A DNA stretch of 32,000 nt from NCBI GenBank assembly GCA_030668875.1, contig DAOVER010000015.1, positions 34,960 through 66,959 of the forward strand. The letters are read 5' to 3'. Source of the stretch: Candidatus Heimdallarchaeota archaeon (GTDB lineage Archaea > Asgardarchaeota > Heimdallarchaeia > Heimdallarchaeales > Heimdallarchaeaceae). The translations under genes and the position numbers were made by a program. The notes beneath the pieces are model-generated. The model was not told the origin of the DNA, did not search any database, and saw only the letters and a program-made list of their open reading frames with translations. Shown in pieces: positions 26,931 to 32,000 of this stretch. How positions within the stretch are numbered: position 1 is the first letter of the stretch; each line of letters starts with the position of its first letter.

Positions 26931-28115
26931 ATGAAATATGATTTTGATAAAATTATTGATCGCAAAGGTACTCATGCAATAAAATGGGATAAACATTTAC
27001 TTGAAGAGTTTTTTGGCACTTCTGATGTGCTTCCTCTATGGGTTGCTGATATGGATTTTCAATGCCCACAACCCTTGATAGAAGCAATGAAACAAAAAGC
27101 TGAGGAAGGAATATATGGTTATAGTTGGCATAAAACTCCTGAATACTTTGATGCAGTTACAAGTTGGATGAAACGAAGACATAATTGGGAAATCGAGAAA
27201 GAATGGATAGTTTATAGCCCTGGTATAGTGCCAGCAATTAATGTCATGATTCGTTCCTTTACTCATGCTGGTGACAAGATAATTGTACAATCTCCAGTTT
27301 ATTATCCATTCTTTTCAACCATAGAAAATAATGGAAGGCGTATCCAAAATAATCAACTTGTTTATGAAAACAATAAATACTTATTCGACTTTGATGATTT
27401 TGAAGAAAAAGCTAAAGATCCATTAACTAAAATGTTTATTTTATGCAGTCCACATAATCCTGTTGGAAGAGTATGGACAAAAGAGGAGTTGAAAAAACTT
27501 GGCGACATATGTTTAGAAAATGATGTATTAATTATTTCTGATGAAATTCATCATGATCTTATTCTACCTGGATATGAACACACAGTATTTTCTAAGATAA
27601 GTGGAGATTATAATGATCACACTATTATCTGCACAGCACCAAGCAAAACATTCAACATTGCTGGACTTCAAACTTCCAACATTATTATACCGAACAAAAA
27701 ATTACTAGATACTTTCACCCAAGGTATGTCTGGGAGAAACAGTCTTGGTATCCCGAATGCTTTTGGAATAAGTTCTCTTATCAGTGCTTATAATGAAGGT
27801 GAGGAGTGGTTAGAACAAGTAATGAAGTATGTTCATGAGAACTTCAAATTCCTAAAAACTTATCTTGAAGAGCATTTACCAGATGTTCATATGGTTAATC
27901 CCGAGGGTACTTATCTTGCTTGGGTTGATTTCTCAAGTTTAGGTATGAATGATGAAGAAAGGAGAGAATTCTTGCTTCATAAAGCTAAAGTTGCCTTAGA
28001 TGGCGGTACAATGTTTGGAAAAGGTGGAGAAGGATTCGAAAGAATAAATGTTGCGTGTCCAAGAAGTATCCTTGAAGAATGTATGGATAGACTTGTGAAT
28101 ACGTTAAGAAAATAA
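26931..28115 (+). CDS. patB: MalY/PatB-family PLP-dependent C-S lyase (cystathionine beta-lyase-like)
   Basis: LPLWVADMDF, LCSPHNPVGRVW, ISDEIHHDL, APSKTFNIAGL, PEGTYLAWVDF, RINVACPR. Confidence 0.88.
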   Translation: MKYDFDKIIDRKGTHAIKWDKHLLEEFFGTSDVLPLWVADMDFQCPQPLIEAMKQKAEEGIYGYSWHKTPEYFDAVTSWMKRRHNWEIEKEWIVYSPGIVPAINVMIRSFTHAGDKIIVQSPVYYPFFSTIENNGRRIQNNQLVYENNKYLFDFDDFEEKAKDPLTKMFILCSPHNPVGRVWTKEELKKLGDICLENDVLIISDEIHHDLILPGYEHTVFSKISGDYNDHTIICTAPSKTFNIAGLQTSNIIIPNKKLLDTFTQGMSGRNSLGIPNAFGISSLISAYNEGEEWLEQVMKYVHENFKFLKTYLEEHLPDVHMVNPEGTYLAWVDFSSLGMNDEERREFLLHKAKVALDGGTMFGKGGEGFERINVACPRSILEECMDRLVNTLRK

Positions 28116-28259
28116 ACGTTCAATTGATTAATCAAATCATTAATGAATTGTTACTTAATACTATCCATATAAATCTAGATACAACATCACGTTACTTTTT
28201 TAAGTAACCTAAATATCTTTGTTGTGTGACTTTTGTCATAAATGAAAAAAGTGATTAAA

Positions 28260-28442
28260 ATGGTTGAAGTAGTAGATTTTCTATTAACTTTCTTTCTAGG
28301 CACATTTGGAATATACAGATTTTACAAAGGATACAAAAAGACAGGTATCCTCTGGCTATTTACACTAGGTCTATTAGGAATAGGTTGGCTTGTTGATTTG
28401 ATTTATGTTATTCAAGACAAAGAGCTAATGTGGCCAAACTAA
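28260..28442 (+). CDS. Small TM2-domain membrane protein
   Basis: FFLGTFGIYRFYKG..TGILWLFTLGLLGIGWLVDLI is the TM2 pattern. ATG 28260 follows GTGA (track start 28242). Confidence 0.8.
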   Translation: MVEVVDFLLTFFLGTFGIYRFYKGYKKTGILWLFTLGLLGIGWLVDLIYVIQDKELMWPN

Positions 28443-28471
28443 AAAAAAATTTCTTTTTTACTTTTTTTTTA
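28441..28471. terminator. Putative bidirectional archaeal oligo-T terminator between convergent genes
   Basis: A run followed by TTTCTTTTTTACTTTTTTTTT between the stops at 28442 and 28485. Confidence 0.5.
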
Positions 28472-28484
28472 TATTAAAATTTGA

Positions 28485-28751
28485 CTATTCCTCTTGAAAG
28501 TTTATTCTATCTGGAGTTATGATTTCTTCTTCCGGGAATATTATTTGTTCAGTTCCATCCTCATTAAAATCCTTTAGTTCTGTTCTATAATATTCTGTCC
28601 AATTGTGCCAGCATCCCTTTTTGCATACATAAGTAACATGATATATTTTATAGAAAATTCCTTGATCATGATGATATGTCTCTTTTCTCTCTAATATTGA
28701 TACACCTTCTGTATGACAATTAACGCATTTCTTTCTCTCTAAGGATGACAT
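28485..28751 (-). CDS. Small putative zinc-binding protein
   Basis: CVNCH...CKKGCWH; acidic tail. ATG 28751 preferred over the track start 28793. Confidence 0.55.
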   Translation of the reverse strand: MSSLERKKCVNCHTEGVSILERKETYHHDQGIFYKIYHVTYVCKKGCWHNWTEYYRTELKDFNEDGTEQIIFPEEEIITPDRINFQEE

Positions 28752-28923
28752 AGTTAATTGAATTTGAAAGTGTAACAATTTAAAACTTGTCAAAGTATCA
28801 ACTGGTTTATGCTATGTCTCCACTAATCGCTTTCCACACAGTTTTTGTAATTTGCATATTCTGAATAGCTACTACTGTTAAATCAATTACTATTATCTCT
28901 TATTCAGATTAGAGAAAGAAAAC

Positions 28924-30060
28924 CTAAACTGGACTACTAGAAAGAGGATAAATGTCTTCTGCTCCAGCAGAACCATCAATGGAGTAATTTCCACTTGACC
29001 AGTCGTTCCAGAAGTTTCCTTCTAGTAAATCGACATCATACCAGTAATTACCTGATCCTGAATCGAATCCTTGACTACTAATTAGATTGTTAAATGTAAA
29101 ACTATTATGATGGATTACGATGTAGATACCAGCAAGAATAGAAATTCCATAAAAAGTATTGTTAGCAAGAATGTTATATTGAAGAGTACTATTTTGGGAT
29201 GATCCTTTTATTGAAGAAGTATGCACTATAATCCCCCCTTGTTTACTCAATTCTACTTTATTGAAGGATATGGTGAAGAAATAAGCAGGACCACAAGATA
29301 TTCCAAAACGATTATTGATCACTGTATTGTTTGCTATTATTAGGTATTCAGAATCCCAGCCTACTATTCCTGCTTCTCTATTGTTTTTACATGTGTTTTT
29401 AATGATAGTAATATTAGATGATTGATATGCGGTTATTCCATCATAATTCCCAGAATCATCACATGTATTCTGTTTAATTGTGCTGTTAGTGGAATGAATC
29501 ACAAAAATACCTCCCCAGTAGTTTGATGAACAAGTATTATTGTAAATTACTGAATTATCACAATTGTATTGTGAGATTCCTGTTTCTCCATTGAAATTAA
29601 GAGTATTATTTGCAATTAATGTATAGTCCGAATTTGCCTGTAATATACCACTTCTTGTAAGACTAGAGAAATTATTTTCAATTATTTTTAAATAATTACA
29701 GTAGTAAAACGATGCTCCATAGAATTCTGTTGGAGTTAAACCAGATACTGTTAAATTGAAACAATTTACAAAGATTAGTTGACCATCTTCTGTTGAAGTA
29801 ATTGTTTGATCAGTCAAGTTGGAATAAAATCCTAAAGGTTTTTCGTTAACAAAATTGCTCTCTATCTTCATTGAAAGATAATAATCAAGTGGAAATTCTT
29901 CTAATTTATTTAAAATAATTGGATTTGAAGTGAATAGATTTTCAAATGCTAAACCATCATTAAAGAAAGAATTATTTATTACTGAACTGTTTCGAGAATA
30001 GTCCACCCATAAACCTGAAATACTATTATTTGAGAAATTATTATTGCTAACTATAGAATT
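28924..30060 (-). pseudogene. 5'-truncated NosD-like beta-helix gene
   Basis: Begins in the middle of a repeat (NSIVSNNNFSNNSISG) with no signal peptide or cap. Paralogous to 17765..19420 (NFVNEKPLGFY, GQLIFVNC, EGNFWND...DIYPL). Confidence 0.7.
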
Positions 30061-30781
30061 CTGAGATAGAGAGTATTGATGGTATAAAGAAAGCATTAGA
30101 ATCGTCTGGAACCTCTGGAATTGGCATTAACGTCCAGTTATTATAGTCATAGTCAAAAACCCAAGTGTCACCAATGAAATCATAAGGATCATCTCCTGTA
30201 TTTCCTCCAAAGATTACTATTTTCTCACTCTCAGAATCGTAAGCCATTGAGTAGGATCTTCTTTCAAGCTCACTATCTGGATTCAGTTCAGTCCAGCTCA
30301 GAGTATTGTAATCGAATGACCAGGTTTCATGGTCTATTTCAGTTCGAAGCAGATGAGTATAACCTCCAAATAGAATAATTAGATCATGTTCGGAATCATA
30401 AGCCATGCTTGCACCTATTCTTGGAACTGGACTAACTGAGGGTGTAATATTATCCCAAGTATTTGTATTATAGTCAAATGACCAGGTTTCTCCATGATAA
30501 GCTCCACCAGTTGGGTCCATGTAGGCATTCTCTTCTTTTGTACCACCAAATACTATTACTAAATCACTTTCTATATCATATGCTACACTATCAAACCAAT
30601 AATTTACTGGATGTGTTGCAGAAGTTATGTTAGCCCAAGTATTTGTGTTATAATCATAAGACCACGTATCATTAAATGTCAATCCAACTCCATCAGGATT
30701 ACTATCCTTGTGTAAAATTCCTCCAAACATAATGACTACATCAGATTCAGAATCATATACCATCTTTAAACCTATTCGCAT
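30047..30781 (-). pseudogene. Kelch-repeat surface protein fragment, truncated at both ends
   Basis: Four repeats of (A/V)YD(S/I)E...I(M/V/L/I)FGG...(D/E)TW.(Y/F)DY...W. The 5' end abuts the IS; the C-terminal hydrophobic segment breaks off after NAFFIPSILSI. Confidence 0.75.
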
Positions 30782-30784
30782 TAT

Positions 30785-32000
30785 TAGTACTTCCGCAATA
30801 AGCCTTTTTATGCTCTCTCACCTCCTTCAGTAAGCGTTCTGAAGAGTCGCCGCACACGATAGAGGGTGACAGGTTCTTCAGAGAGGAGATGCGTGACAGC
30901 AGGAACCGAGCAGAGAAAAGAGGGAGGTTCTGCTAAGCGGAGCATAGCATAGAAAAGAACGAGCAAGACAGCGACCATGACATAAAGGTAACGGACAGCA
31001 ACAGTTGAGTAGTGGTCTTAATGCGGGGAGCTTTAACCAGTCGGAAAGCTGTCTCAATCCCCCATCTACGCCAATATGCCTTAACACCTTGTGCATTTAC
31101 TCCCCAACTGAGAGAGGTAAACCATCCCTTCTTTTCCCCTTGCCAGAAAGCGTTTAAGGTTAAAGGTAGTTCCTGCCCATCATCAGTCCGGATGGTGTAG
31201 GGGAGACGATGGAGTTTATTGTCTTTCGGCAACTGGGTGAGGAGCGCTTTTATTTTAGTTGTTTTCTTCGCCCCGATGACAAAGGGTATCCGTTTGAAGT
31301 AAAAGTTGAACATAACAGTCTTAGCGTAAAACCCTCGGTCCAAATAGATCACATTAATACGGAGCCCTAAAGGTCGAATATTGTCCAATAGTTCCTCTAT
31401 TAGTTTCACCTTGTTATCGAGAGGTGCTACAGGTAGCATAGTTAGTGGGACCGAGACCTTCTCCCCTACTGTTGATACCATTATGTAACGATAGACATAG
31501 CTATTCTTGTAATGGCACACCACTGGATCCCTTACCTTACCATAATAGACATAATCTGTTGAGTCAATTGCTAGACTGCACTTTTTGTTGATTTTCCCCT
31601 TCTTTTTCAGGCTTACCACTTGTTCCCTCAGTACCTCATTTACTGTTGTCCTTACTTCCTTTACACTCATCTTGTTGAGGTGATAACGAATAGTATCTCC
31701 ATCCATTTTTGCTCCCGTTGCTGCTGCCTGGTCAATTGATGTTCCTTCTGCTGCTGCCAGGAGCAAAGTGTTCTTTACTTGTGGAAGGATAATCTTTTTC
31801 TTTCTCTCCACTTTCAGTGGTATGTTTATCTCTTCCCACAAGTGACACATTTTTAAGGAAGTTTGAACTGCTTCTCTACAGGGTCTAAGTTGCTGGACAA
31901 GATTCTTTAAACTTTGTATGAAGTTTATTGGATTAGTTGACTTCATAATAATTTTGTCGGCACTCTGACCCTAAAACTTTGCGTTAATTCGGAAGTACTA
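30785..32000 (-). mobile_element. Insertion sequence, ISH3-like (IS4 superfamily), about 1216 bp
   Basis: Terminal inverted repeats TAGTACTTCCGCAATAA (from 30785) and the reverse complement of the window end, TAGTACTTCCGAATTAA (15/17 match). Visibly higher GC than the flanks; contains a DDE transposase. Confidence 0.8.
30808..31946 (-). pseudogene. ISH3-family DDE transposase, frameshifted near 31005-31017
   Basis: LAIDST, IYLDRGFY, YWRRWGIETAFR, RIKTTT. The expected hydrophobic helix TVAVRYLYVMVAVLL continues in the -1 frame to TAA 30810-30808. Confidence 0.75.

Noticed and set aside
10770-30096. nosD / nitrous-oxide reductase maturation or copper ABC transporter
   Set aside because: Only the generic beta-helix fold is supported, and no nos genes are present.
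30818-30825. Perfect GGAGGTGA SD at the IS end, pointing toward the Kelch fragment
   Set aside because: It is about 37 nt from ATG 30781 and lies inside the transposase's C-terminal coding frame.
1-32000. rRNA, tRNA or structured ncRNA genes
   Set aside because: No GC-rich structured island or cloverleaf was seen. The only GC-elevated segment is the IS.

Overview
AT-rich, archaeal-style DNA with TATA boxes, GGAGG/GGTGA ribosome-binding sites, many TM-anchored beta-helix and solute-binding proteins, and an ISH3-like element. The gene repertoire suggests an Asgard (Heimdallarchaeia-like) archaeon, which is an inference. The main finding is at 31-4924: a tightly packed operon of five tandem paralogous 3-TM membrane proteins, each with an invariant X-Tyr-Gly-(V/I)-(Y/F) motif in its C-terminal tail (X = A, L, D, R, M). 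They are followed by a radical SAM/SPASM enzyme whose motifs match my recollection of the PlpX 'splicease' family (Tyr-Gly backbone splicing to alpha-keto-beta-amino acids) and by a methyltransferase-TPR gene. This looks like a RiPP-like protein-splicing system acting on integral membrane proteins. Next come a glycyl radical enzyme operon of unassigned subclass (GRE, activase, tandem split-barrel protein) and a surface-protein region with two circularly permuted family-5 solute-binding proteins, a single-lobe derivative and beta-helix proteins. The rest holds GNATs, an SDR, a MalY/PatB-type lyase, a Kelch/beta-helix deletion junction and a frameshifted ISH3-family IS that ends at the last base of the window. 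All family calls come from motif recognition by eye; no database search was run.
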